From Chthoniobacteraceae bacterium (GTDB taxonomy: Bacteria > Verrucomicrobiota > Verrucomicrobiia > Chthoniobacterales > Chthoniobacteraceae), in assembly GCA_040081625.1 (NCBI GenBank), contig JBEBGD010000019.1:1-64000 (forward strand): a stretch of 64,000 nt of DNA, in the 5' to 3' direction. Below the pieces are notes generated by a model. The model did no database searches, was not told the origin of the DNA, and was given only the letters and a program-made list of their open reading frames with translations. Position numbers and translations under genes: made by a program. Of this stretch, positions 36,263 through 44,957 are shown piece after piece (within the stretch, counting starts at the first letter, position 1; every line of letters begins with the position of its first letter).

Positions 36263-38878
36263 ATGAAGTCCGTCCTCCGCTCCTGCCTCGCTGCCCTCGC
36301 GTTCGCGCGCTGCATCGCGCTCGGCGGCACGGGCGAGGAGTTCTTCGAGATGAAGGTGCGACCGCTGCTCGTCGAGCGCTGCTACGAGTGCCACTCGACC
36401 GGCAAGAAGACCAAAGGCGGCCTCGCGCTCGACTCGCGCGCCGGCTGGCAGAAAGGCGGCGACACCGGTCCCGCGCTCGTGCCGGGCAAGCCGGACGACT
36501 CCCTGCTCATCAAGGCCGTGAGCTACGGCGACCCGGACCTCTCGATGCCGCCAAAGAAAAAGCTGAGCGACGCAGAGGTCGCGACGCTCGTCGAGTGGGT
36601 GAAGATGGGCGCGCCCGATCCTCGCGAAGCCGCAACCGTGAAGGCCGCGATCGTAAGCATGGAAAAGCGGCGCGAGCACTGGGCGTATCAGCCGATCGCG
36701 AATCCGCCCGCGCCCGCCGTTCGCGACGCCGCGTGGCCGCGCAACGACATCGACCGCTTCACCCTCGCGCGACTCGAAGCGAACGCGCAGCGCCCGAACC
36801 CGCCCGCCAGCGACCGCACGCTCATCCGCCGCGCGCACTTCGACCTGCTCGGACTGCCGCCGACGTTCGAGGAAGCTGAGGGCAGGCTCGACATCGACGC
36901 GCTGCTCGCGCGCCCGGAATACGGCCAGCGCTGGGCCCGGCACTGGCTCGATGTCGCGCGCTACGCCGACACCATCGAGCAATCCGTCGATGGCGAGCGC
37001 CGCATCCCCTTCGCCCACACGTATCGCGATTACGTCATCGACGCGCTCAACTCCGACAAGCCGTTCGACCGCTTCATCGTCGAGCAGATCGCCGCAGACC
37101 GGATGGAGAGTGCCGACCTGCGCGCGCTCGGATTCCTCACCGTCGGCCGCCGCTTCCGCGCAAATGCGGAGGAGCCGCATCTCGTCCTCGACGATCGCAT
37201 CGACACCATCAGCCGCGGCTTCCTCGCCACCACGCTCGCCTGCGCGCGCTGCCACGATCACAAGTTCGATCCCGTCCCCACCGCCGACTACTACTCGCTC
37301 GCCGGCATCCTCGGCAGCGTCGTCGAGCCGCTCGACCTGCCCGAGACCCGGCGCATCGGCGACGAAGCCGCCGTCACAAAGTATCTCGACGCCCGCTCGA
37401 AGCTGCTCGCCGAATACGAAGCGCACATCGACGAATGCGTGAAGACATCGCACGCGCACTTCCGCGACTTCGCCACCGAGTATCTCCAGCACCACGTCCG
37501 CTCGTCGGCGAATCACCGCACCACCGCCGGCTACGTGCCGCTCGACACGCCGCGCGGCCTGCTCGTTTACGAAGCGCCCGCGCGCTGGTCTGCGCTGCTC
37601 GCGCAGTGCCGCGACGAGCCGTTCTTCCAGCTCTGGCATCAGTTCATGGCGTTGCGGAAAGAAAGCTTCACCGCCGGGGTGGGCCCGATCCTCGCGGCGA
37701 TGGACGAGTATCCGCAGGCACATCACCCACTGGTCGTCGCGGCCTTCCGCGAGAAGACCCCGACCACCATGCTCGACGCTGCGACGATCTACGGCGGCAT
37801 CATCCAGGCCGCGCTGAAAAGCGACTCGACCGACGCGCGCAGCGTCGTCGATCTAGTCTTCGGCCCCGGCTCCCCCGTGCCGCCGCACAGCCGCGACGAG
37901 GTGCAGGAAGACATCCATCGCTTTCTCAACGAGAAGAGCCTCGTGAACCGGCGCGATGGCGAGAAGGGCAACAAGCTGCGCGATCGACTCGCCGCGCTCG
38001 AGGCCACCGCGCCCGTCGAACGCGCCCGCGTCGTCCGCGCCTCCGCGCAGCCGCTCGACGCGCACATCCTCATCCGCGGCGAAATGAAACAGCCCGGCCC
38101 CGCCGTGCCGCGCCGCTTTCTCACGATGCTCGCGAGCGTCGATGATCGCACCTACGCCGACGACGGTCGCCTCCAACTCGCGCAAGCCATCGCCAGCCCG
38201 AAGAACCCGCTCACCGCGCGCGTAATCGTCAACCGCGTCTGGCAGCATCACTTCGGCGAAGGGCTCGTCGCGACGCCGGACGACTTCGGCGCGATGGGCG
38301 CGAAGCCATCGAACCCCGAGCTGCTCGATCACCTCGCGTCGTGGTTCATCGCGCACGGCTGGTCGCTCAAGGCGCTGCACCGCTACATCCTCGACTCCTC
38401 GACGTGGCGGCAAAGCGGACCGCCGCGCCGGCTCGAGTTCGAGCCGCTGCGCGACTCGCTGCTCGCCGTCGCCGGCCGGCTCGACGCGCGCGCCGGCGGC
38501 GCGAGCACTCCGCTTGACGTCAAAAACGTGCGCCGCGCGATCTACGGCTACACCGACCGTTTCCGCATCCCGGCGCTGATGCGAAACTTCGACGTGGCAA
38601 ATCCCGACACCTCGATCTCGCGCCGCGCCGAGACGCTCGTGCCGCTGCAAGCGCTCTACCTGCTCAACAGCCCCTTCGTCCGCCAGCAGGCCGAGGCGCT
38701 CGCGCTGCGCGCGAAGGAAGACGTCGCCCAGCTCTTCCGCCTCGCCCTTTCGCGCGAACCCACCGCCGGCGAACTCGCCCTCGCGCGCGACTTCCTCCAC
38801 GACTCGCGCGACCCGCGCGCGTGGGCGAACTTCGCGCAAAGCCTCCTACTCTCGAATGAATTCACCTACGTCGATTAG
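36263..38878 (+). CDS. PSD1 / planctomycete cytochrome c protein (DUF1549 + DUF1553)
   Basis: 'RCYECH', 'RWARHWLDVARYAD', 'CARCHDHKFDP', 'NPLTARVIVNRVWQHHFG' and 'SNEFTYVD'. Confidence 0.92.
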   Translation: MKSVLRSCLAALAFARCIALGGTGEEFFEMKVRPLLVERCYECHSTGKKTKGGLALDSRAGWQKGGDTGPALVPGKPDDSLLIKAVSYGDPDLSMPPKKKLSDAEVATLVEWVKMGAPDPREAATVKAAIVSMEKRREHWAYQPIANPPAPAVRDAAWPRNDIDRFTLARLEANAQRPNPPASDRTLIRRAHFDLLGLPPTFEEAEGRLDIDALLARPEYGQRWARHWLDVARYADTIEQSVDGERRIPFAHTYRDYVIDALNSDKPFDRFIVEQIAADRMESADLRALGFLTVGRRFRANAEEPHLVLDDRIDTISRGFLATTLACARCHDHKFDPVPTADYYSLAGILGSVVEPLDLPETRRIGDEAAVTKYLDARSKLLAEYEAHIDECVKTSHAHFRDFATEYLQHHVRSSANHRTTAGYVPLDTPRGLLVYEAPARWSALLAQCRDEPFFQLWHQFMALRKESFTAGVGPILAAMDEYPQAHHPLVVAAFREKTPTTMLDAATIYGGIIQAALKSDSTDARSVVDLVFGPGSPVPPHSRDEVQEDIHRFLNEKSLVNRRDGEKGNKLRDRLAALEATAPVERARVVRASAQPLDAHILIRGEMKQPGPAVPRRFLTMLASVDDRTYADDGRLQLAQAIASPKNPLTARVIVNRVWQHHFGEGLVATPDDFGAMGAKPSNPELLDHLASWFIAHGWSLKALHRYILDSSTWRQSGPPRRLEFEPLRDSLLAVAGRLDARAGGASTPLDVKNVRRAIYGYTDRFRIPALMRNFDVANPDTSISRRAETLVPLQALYLLNSPFVRQQAEALALRAKEDVAQLFRLALSREPTAGELALARDFLHDSRDPRAWANFAQSLLLSNEFTYVD

Positions 38879-40304
38879 CCAGGGTAGGTGCGACGCCCTC
38901 GTCGCAACGGGTGCCTGCGGCGCCTCGCCGCAGCTACTCACCCGTCGCGAGATGCTCCAGCGCTGCGGCGCCGGCTTCGGCTGGCTCGGGCTCGCGTCTG
39001 TGCTGCGTGCGGAGACGCATCCCCTCGCGGTGAAGTCGCCGCACTTCGCGCCCCGCGCGAAATACGTGATCCAAATCCTCGCGAACGGCGGGCCGGGGCA
39101 GATGGACACCTTCGACCCGAAGCCCGCGCTCACGAAATACCACGGCCAGCGCCTGCCGCTGCACTTCGCCACCGAGCGCCCGACCGGCGCGGCACTCGGC
39201 TCGCCGTTCAAGTTCGAGCGCTACGGCCAGTGCGGGATGGAGGTGAGCGAACTCTTCGCGTCGCTCGCGGAGAAGCACGCCGACGACCTGTGCGTGATCC
39301 GCTCGATGCACACCGACACGCCGATCCACGAAAACTCGCTGCGCTTGATGAACTGCGGCGCGAGCATCACCGCGCGCCCGAGCATCGGTGCGTGGATCAC
39401 CTATGGCCTCGGCACCGAGAACCAGAACCTGCCCGGCTTCGTCGTGCTCGTGCCGAAAGGAATGCCCGTCGCCGGCGCGGACAACTGGCAGTCGTCCTTC
39501 CTCCCCGGCACCTATCAAGGCACCTACATCGAGACCGAAGGCAAACGCGCCGCCGACTTGATCGAGAACCTGCACAACCCGCTGCTGACGCCGCACGAGC
39601 AGCGCGCGCAGCTCGACCTCATCTCGAAGCTCAACGGCCTGCGCAGCCACGACGCCGCACTCGAAGCGCGCATCCATAGCTTCGAGACCGCCTTCCGCAT
39701 GCAGACCGCGGCGACCGACGCCTTCGACATCGACCGCGAGCCCGCGCACATCCGCACGCTCTACGGCGACACGGCGCAGGCGAAGCAGATGCTCATCGCG
39801 CGGCGGCTCGTCGAGCGCGGCGTGCGCTTCGTGCAGGTCTGGCACGGCACGCTCCAGCCGTGGGACAGCCACAACAACATCGAGACCGAGCATCGCAAGC
39901 TCGCGCGCGAAAGCTGCCAGGGCATCACCGCGCTGCTCAGCGATTTGAAAGCGCGCGGTCTGCTCGACGAGACGCTCGTCATCTGGGGTGGTGAGTTCGG
40001 CCGCACGCCCACCGTCGAACTCACGCAAGACAACGCGCTCAAGCCCACCGCCGGCCGCGATCACAACAACCACGGCTTCACCATGTGGCTCGCCGGCGGC
40101 GGCGTCCGCGGCGGCATGGTCCATGGCGCGACGGATGAGTTCGGCTTCCGCGCCGTCGAGAACCGCGTCCACGTCCACGACCTGCAAGCCACCGTGCTAC
40201 ACCTCCTCGGCCTCGATCACGAGCGGCTCACCTATCGCCATAGCGGCCGCGATTTCCGGCTCACCGATGTGCACGGGAACGTGGTGACCGAGTTGCTCGC
40301 GTAG
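38856..40304 (+). CDS. DUF1501 protein
   Basis: 'TRREML', 'PHFAPRAK', 'GGPGQMDTFDPKP', 'ARRLVERGVRFVQ', 'GEFGRTP' and 'GRDFRLTDVHG'. Confidence 0.92.
   Translation: MNSPTSISQGRCDALVATGACGASPQLLTRREMLQRCGAGFGWLGLASVLRAETHPLAVKSPHFAPRAKYVIQILANGGPGQMDTFDPKPALTKYHGQRLPLHFATERPTGAALGSPFKFERYGQCGMEVSELFASLAEKHADDLCVIRSMHTDTPIHENSLRLMNCGASITARPSIGAWITYGLGTENQNLPGFVVLVPKGMPVAGADNWQSSFLPGTYQGTYIETEGKRAADLIENLHNPLLTPHEQRAQLDLISKLNGLRSHDAALEARIHSFETAFRMQTAATDAFDIDREPAHIRTLYGDTAQAKQMLIARRLVERGVRFVQVWHGTLQPWDSHNNIETEHRKLARESCQGITALLSDLKARGLLDETLVIWGGEFGRTPTVELTQDNALKPTAGRDHNNHGFTMWLAGGGVRGGMVHGATDEFGFRAVENRVHVHDLQATVLHLLGLDHERLTYRHSGRDFRLTDVHGNVVTELLA
38884..38937. repeat. GTAG-type REP doublet, in frame in the DUF1501 N-terminus
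   Basis: GTAG-G-TGCGACG-CCCT-CGTCGCA ... CTGCGGCG-CCT-CGCCGCAG-CTAC; 54 bp. Confidence 0.8.
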
Positions 40305-40307
40305 CAC

Positions 40308-40429
40308 CAAGGAGCGGCGTGCGTCCCGCCGCCGACCTCGATGCAGCGGCGGAGCCGCGTGACTTTACCGGAAGAGTGTGGGCTTCGCCCGGGCCGACGG
40401 GTCGGCGGCGGGACGCACGCCGCTCCTTG
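40308..40429. repeat. Perfect 30-bp inverted repeat (GGAG-headed REP/REPIN- or MITE-like)
   Basis: CAAGGAGCGGCGTGCGTCCCGCCGCCGACC (40308-40337) and its exact reverse complement (40400-40429), with a 62-bp spacer. Confidence 0.85.
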
Positions 40430-40468
40430 CGCGCGCAGCCGCGCTCCATACCGTCGCCGCCCCATTTT

Positions 40469-42322
40469 ATGTCCACGACCACTTCCGAAAAACACGAGTT
40501 CCAGGCGGAGATCCGCCAGCTCCTCGATATCGTCATCCACTCGCTCTACACCGATCACGAGATCTTCGTGCGCGAGCTGATCTCGAACGCGGCGGACGCC
40601 TCGGAGAAGCTGAAGTTCCTGCAAACCTCGGGCACGGAGATCTTCCAGCCGGACACGGCGCCGACGATCAGCGTGACCACCGACGAGACGGCGAAGACGA
40701 TCACCTTCACCGACTCGGGCCTCGGCATGACGCATGGCGAGCTGATCGACAATCTCGGCACGATCGCGCACAGCGGGTCGAAGGCATTCCTCGAGCAGAT
40801 CAAGGCGAAGCAGGGCGACACGAATCTCATCGGGCAGTTCGGCGTGGGCTTCTACTCGGCCTTCATGGTCGCGGAGAAAGTGACCGTCTTCTCGCGCTCG
40901 CACGCGCCCGGCGAGCAGGGGTGGATTTGGACCAGCGACGGACAGACGGGCTACGAGATCGAGCCGGCGGGCGAGCTGGATCGCGGCACGAAGATCGTGC
41001 TCCAGCTCCGCGACACCGAGTTCGCGCAGGCGCAGCGGGTCGAGGGGATCATCAAGCGCTACTCGAACTTCGTCCCCTTCCCCATCGAGCTGAACGGCAC
41101 CGTGGTGAACACCGTCCAGGCGCTGTGGACGAAGAACAAGAGCGAGGTCACCGACGCGGACTACGAGGAGTTTTACAAATACATCGGCCACGACACCGAG
41201 GCGCCGCTCTACCGGCTGCACTTCAACGTGGACGCGCCGCTTTCCATCCGCGCGCTCGTCTTCGCGCCGGCGAAAAACTTCGAGCTGATCACGATGTCGC
41301 GCGGCGAGCCGGAGGTGAATCTCTACTGCCGCAAGGTGCTGATCCAGCAGCGCGTGAAGGGGCTGATGCCCGAGTGGCTGCGCTTCCTGCGCGGAGTCGT
41401 GGATAGCGAAGACCTGCCGCTGAACATCTCGCGCGAGACGATGCAGGACAGCGCGCTCATGCGGAAGCTCAACGAGGTGCTCACCAAGCGCGTGCTCAAG
41501 TGGCTCGACGAGGAAGCGAAGACGGACCCGGAGAAGTTCGACCACTTTTTCCAGGAGCACGGGCACTGCCTCAAGGAAGGCGTGGCCACCGACTACACGC
41601 ACCGCGAGTCGATCGCGAAGCTGCTGCGCTTCGAGTCATCGCACACCGAGGCGGGGAAGACGACGTCGCTCACCGACTACGTGAGCCGCATGCCGGCGGA
41701 ACAGACTGACCTTTACTACCTGCTCGCGCCGAGCCGCGCTGCAGCGGAGGCCAGCCCGTATTTCGAGGTGTTCCGCGAGAAGAAGTTCGAGGTGCTCTTT
41801 CTCACGCACTCGCACGATGAGTTCGTCATGGATCACCTCGGGAGCTTCGACAGCAAGCGACTGGTCGCCGCCGAGAAAGCCGACCTCAAGCTCGAGAAGG
41901 AATCCACCGGCCTCAGCGAAGAGGACGCGCGACTGCTGGCGAACTTCGTCAAGGAATCGCTCGCCGATCGCGTCGGCGAGGTGCGCGTGAGCAAGCGACT
42001 CGTCGGCAGCCCGGCCGTCGTCGTCGATAGCGAGACGCACATCACCACCTCGATGCGACGGATGATGAAGATGATGCACCGCGGCGAGGAACCGCTGCCG
42101 GAGTCGAAGCCCGATCTCGAGATCAATCCCGATCACGCGATGATGGTAAGACTCGGCGCGATCCGGCAGACCGACGCGGCGCTCGCGAAAGACGTGGCCG
42201 AGCAGGTCCTCGACAACGCGCTCGTCGCCGCCGGTCTGCTCGAAGACCCGCGTGCCATGCTTTCCCGGCTCAACGGATTGCTCGAAAAACTGCTCGCCAA
42301 GGATGCCGGAGCCGACCGATAA
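40469..42322 (+). CDS. htpG: Molecular chaperone HtpG (Hsp90)
   Basis: 'FQAEIRQLLDIVIHSLY', 'RELISNAADA', 'NLGTIAHSG', 'IGQFGVGFYS' and 'DLPLNISRE'. Confidence 0.96.
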   Translation: MSTTTSEKHEFQAEIRQLLDIVIHSLYTDHEIFVRELISNAADASEKLKFLQTSGTEIFQPDTAPTISVTTDETAKTITFTDSGLGMTHGELIDNLGTIAHSGSKAFLEQIKAKQGDTNLIGQFGVGFYSAFMVAEKVTVFSRSHAPGEQGWIWTSDGQTGYEIEPAGELDRGTKIVLQLRDTEFAQAQRVEGIIKRYSNFVPFPIELNGTVVNTVQALWTKNKSEVTDADYEEFYKYIGHDTEAPLYRLHFNVDAPLSIRALVFAPAKNFELITMSRGEPEVNLYCRKVLIQQRVKGLMPEWLRFLRGVVDSEDLPLNISRETMQDSALMRKLNEVLTKRVLKWLDEEAKTDPEKFDHFFQEHGHCLKEGVATDYTHRESIAKLLRFESSHTEAGKTTSLTDYVSRMPAEQTDLYYLLAPSRAAAEASPYFEVFREKKFEVLFLTHSHDEFVMDHLGSFDSKRLVAAEKADLKLEKESTGLSEEDARLLANFVKESLADRVGEVRVSKRLVGSPAVVVDSETHITTSMRRMMKMMHRGEEPLPESKPDLEINPDHAMMVRLGAIRQTDAALAKDVAEQVLDNALVAAGLLEDPRAMLSRLNGLLEKLLAKDAGADR

Positions 42323-42376
42323 GTTCCCCAGCCCGGCGCCCTCAGCCGGAACACAAAACAAAACACACACCAACTC

Positions 42377-42682
42377 ATGAAACTGAAACCCTTGTTTGCA
42401 CTCACCGCCGCCAGCGCCCTCGTCCTCTGCGCTTGCGAAAAGAAGGCCGAGACGTCGGTCGAAACCAAGATGGAAGAGATGAAGGAAAAGGCCGTGGAAG
42501 TCGAGAAGCAGGTCGAAAAGAAGGCTGACGAAGCCAAAGCAGTCATCACCGACAAAGCCAAGGAAGCCGCCGACGCGGTGAAGGAAGCCGCGAAGAAAGT
42601 CGAAGAAGCCGCCAAGCCGGCTGCTCCGGCCCCGGCTCCCGCTCCCGCGCCCGCTCCGGACGCGCCGAAGCCGCCGCAGTAA
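42377..42682 (+). CDS. Small low-complexity lipoprotein (E/K/A-rich with PA tail)
   Basis: Lipobox 'LCAC'; EKA-rich helix; (PA)n tail. Confidence 0.8.
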   Translation: MKLKPLFALTAASALVLCACEKKAETSVETKMEEMKEKAVEVEKQVEKKADEAKAVITDKAKEAADAVKEAAKKVEEAAKPAAPAPAPAPAPAPDAPKPPQ

Positions 42683-42704
42683 CCGCAGGCTTGATCAATC
42701 CACG

Positions 42705-42733
42705 AAAGGGCGCGTCGCAAGACGCGCCCTTTT
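42705..42733 (+). terminator. Intrinsic terminator (bidirectional)
   Basis: AAAGGGCGCGTC-GCAA-GACGCGCCCTTTT between convergent genes. Confidence 0.85.
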
Positions 42734-42737
42734 GTTT

Positions 42738-44957
42738 TCACAGCGACTTCACGCGGATCCACGTCTCCACGCGCGCGCCGGTCGCTTGATCGATCACGCT
42801 CAGCCGGTGCTCGCCCTCGGCCAGCGTCGCCTCCACCTCGCGACCGCTGGCGGAAACGCCGAGTGTCTCGCTCTGCCAATGCGCGCTCGGAGAACCGCTC
42901 GCGACGAGACGCACGCGGCGACTGCCCGGCAGATCGGGATCGATGATGAACGTCGTGCCCGGTGCGGGGCTGACGATCCGCAACTGCTCCGCGGCGACGA
43001 CCTGCGCGCCGAGTGGATTCTCCGCGCTCGCCAGCCACTCCGCATACACCGCGGGCAGGCGCACGCGGCCATCTTCATCGTAGTCTTCCGGCGACTCAGC
43101 GGGCGGCAGGTGCTCGGCGAGAAATCGCTCGCGCACCCCGGTCGGCCAGCCCTTCTCGATGCGGCGACCGGTGAGCGGATGCACGTCGGCGTCGATGATA
43201 TTCGGCGGCGTCGCGAACCAACTCGTGCCGGAGCGCGCGTGCAGGTGCTCCATCACCGCGTGCATTACCGGCGCCGCGCCGCTCACTCCCGAGACGCCGC
43301 GCATCGGCGTGCCGTCGAAGTTTCCCGCCCACACCGCGACCGTGAACTCCGGTGTGTAGCCCACGGCCCAATTGTCGCGATAGTCGGTGCTCGTGCCCGT
43401 CTTGCACGCTACCGGGAAGTCGAAGCGCAGCGCAGAGGTCGCGCCGAAGCTCGGGATGCGCGCGGCATTGTCGCTGAGGATGTCGGCGATGAGCCAGCAC
43501 GCGCGCGGATCGGCAGCCTGGCGCGCGGGCGCGAGCGGCTCGTCTGCGAAGATGCGCCAAGGGCGGAATTCGCCGAGCCGTGCGAGGCACGCGTAGGCGT
43601 TGGCGAGATCGAGCAGGCGCACCTCGGCGTTGCCGATCGTCAGGCCGAGGCCGTATTCCGCCGGGGTGCGCGTGAGCGTGCTGAAACCGCAGTCGCGCAG
43701 CCGCCGGGCGAGCGCCGCCGGGCCGCCGATCGAGTTGAGCGCGCGCACCGCGGGAATATTCAGCGAACACGACAGCGCGCTGCGCAGGCTCACCGGCCCG
43801 TTGCACCGCCGCGCGTAGTTTTCCACGCGAAAGATCCCGTCCGGCGCCGCGAATTCGGTCGGCACATCGGCGTAGATCGTCGCGGGCGTCGCACCGCGCT
43901 CGAGCGCGAGCAGGTAGGTGAAGGGCTTCACCGTCGAACCCGCCGAGCGCGGCGCCCATGCGCCATTCACCTGCCCCGCCGCGGGCGCGAAGTAATCGCC
44001 CGAGCCCACGAGCGCGAGGACGCTGCTCGTCGCATTGTCGATCACCACGACCGCGCCGTTGGTGACGTTCGCTTTCTTCAATCCGGCGAGTTGCTCCGCC
44101 AGTCGCGCCTGCGCGAAGTCGTTCAGTTCCAGGTCGAGCGTCGTGCGGATGCGCGGCGCGGCGACGTCGGCCTCGCGCAGCACGAGATCGACGAAGTGCG
44201 GCGCGCGGAACTGCCGCTTCGGCGGGCGCACACCCGGCGGCTCGGACATCGCGCGCGCGAACGCCTCGCCGGCGAGCCAGCCGTTTCGCTCCATCCGTCG
44301 CAGCACGGTGCGTTGACGCGACTGCGCGGCAGCCATGGAGCGATGAGGATTCAGGCGCGATGGATTCTTCGGCAACCCAGCGAGGAAGGCGCACTCGGCG
44401 TCGGTGAGATCGTTCAGCGGCTTGCCGAAATAGTAGTCCGCTGCCGCCGCGATGCCGACGTTCAGGTGCCCAAAATCCACCCGGTTGAAATACGCCTCGA
44501 GGATTCGCTCCTTGCTCCAGAGCTGATCGAGCCGCAGCGCGATGACGGACTCGACGATCTTCGTCCGCCAAGTGCGCGGACGCGGCTCAGCCACCTTCAC
44601 GAGCTGCTGCGTGATCGTCGATGCGCCGGAGACGATGCGACGGTGGGCGATTCCGTCGCGCGCGGCGCGCAGCACCGCGAGGAAATCCACGCCCGCGTGA
44701 TCGAAGAATCGCTTGTCCTCCGCGGCGAGCATCGCGTGAACAAGCCGCTGCGGCATGTCATCGAGCGCCACACACCGCGCGAAGTGACCGCCGGTGCGAG
44801 TCTCGCGCAGCGTGCGTCCGTCGCGATCGACGAACTCCGTGCTGCCCGGCGCTGGTTGCTCGAGCGCGACGGGAATCGGCACGAGCTTCAAGCCGAGCCA
44901 GCCGGCCACGCACAAGCCGATCGCCAGTTGTGCCAGGATTCGCAGCCTCCGCTTCAT
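42738..44957 (-). CDS. pbpC: Penicillin-binding protein 1C
   Basis: TG motifs 'EDKRF', 'GASTITQQ'; TP motifs 'GSTVKPF', 'SLN', 'KTGTS'; C-terminal BiPBP domain; directly follows the alpha-2-macroglobulin gene. Confidence 0.92.
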   Translation of the reverse strand: MKRRLRILAQLAIGLCVAGWLGLKLVPIPVALEQPAPGSTEFVDRDGRTLRETRTGGHFARCVALDDMPQRLVHAMLAAEDKRFFDHAGVDFLAVLRAARDGIAHRRIVSGASTITQQLVKVAEPRPRTWRTKIVESVIALRLDQLWSKERILEAYFNRVDFGHLNVGIAAAADYYFGKPLNDLTDAECAFLAGLPKNPSRLNPHRSMAAAQSRQRTVLRRMERNGWLAGEAFARAMSEPPGVRPPKRQFRAPHFVDLVLREADVAAPRIRTTLDLELNDFAQARLAEQLAGLKKANVTNGAVVVIDNATSSVLALVGSGDYFAPAAGQVNGAWAPRSAGSTVKPFTYLLALERGATPATIYADVPTEFAAPDGIFRVENYARRCNGPVSLRSALSCSLNIPAVRALNSIGGPAALARRLRDCGFSTLTRTPAEYGLGLTIGNAEVRLLDLANAYACLARLGEFRPWRIFADEPLAPARQAADPRACWLIADILSDNAARIPSFGATSALRFDFPVACKTGTSTDYRDNWAVGYTPEFTVAVWAGNFDGTPMRGVSGVSGAAPVMHAVMEHLHARSGTSWFATPPNIIDADVHPLTGRRIEKGWPTGVRERFLAEHLPPAESPEDYDEDGRVRLPAVYAEWLASAENPLGAQVVAAEQLRIVSPAPGTTFIIDPDLPGSRRVRLVASGSPSAHWQSETLGVSASGREVEATLAEGEHRLSVIDQATGARVETWIRVKSL

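Noticed and set aside
34196..37726. 1176-aa minus-strand ORF and similar long shadow ORFs (65-1819, 11639-14341, 19314-21152, 29645-31357, 42732-45014)
   Set aside because: They are antisense to well-supported genes, have R/A/G-rich composition and no motifs; stop-poor shadow frames are expected at this GC content.
42615..42665. Short tandem hexamer-like repeats
   Set aside because: They encode the (PA)n tail of the lipoprotein.
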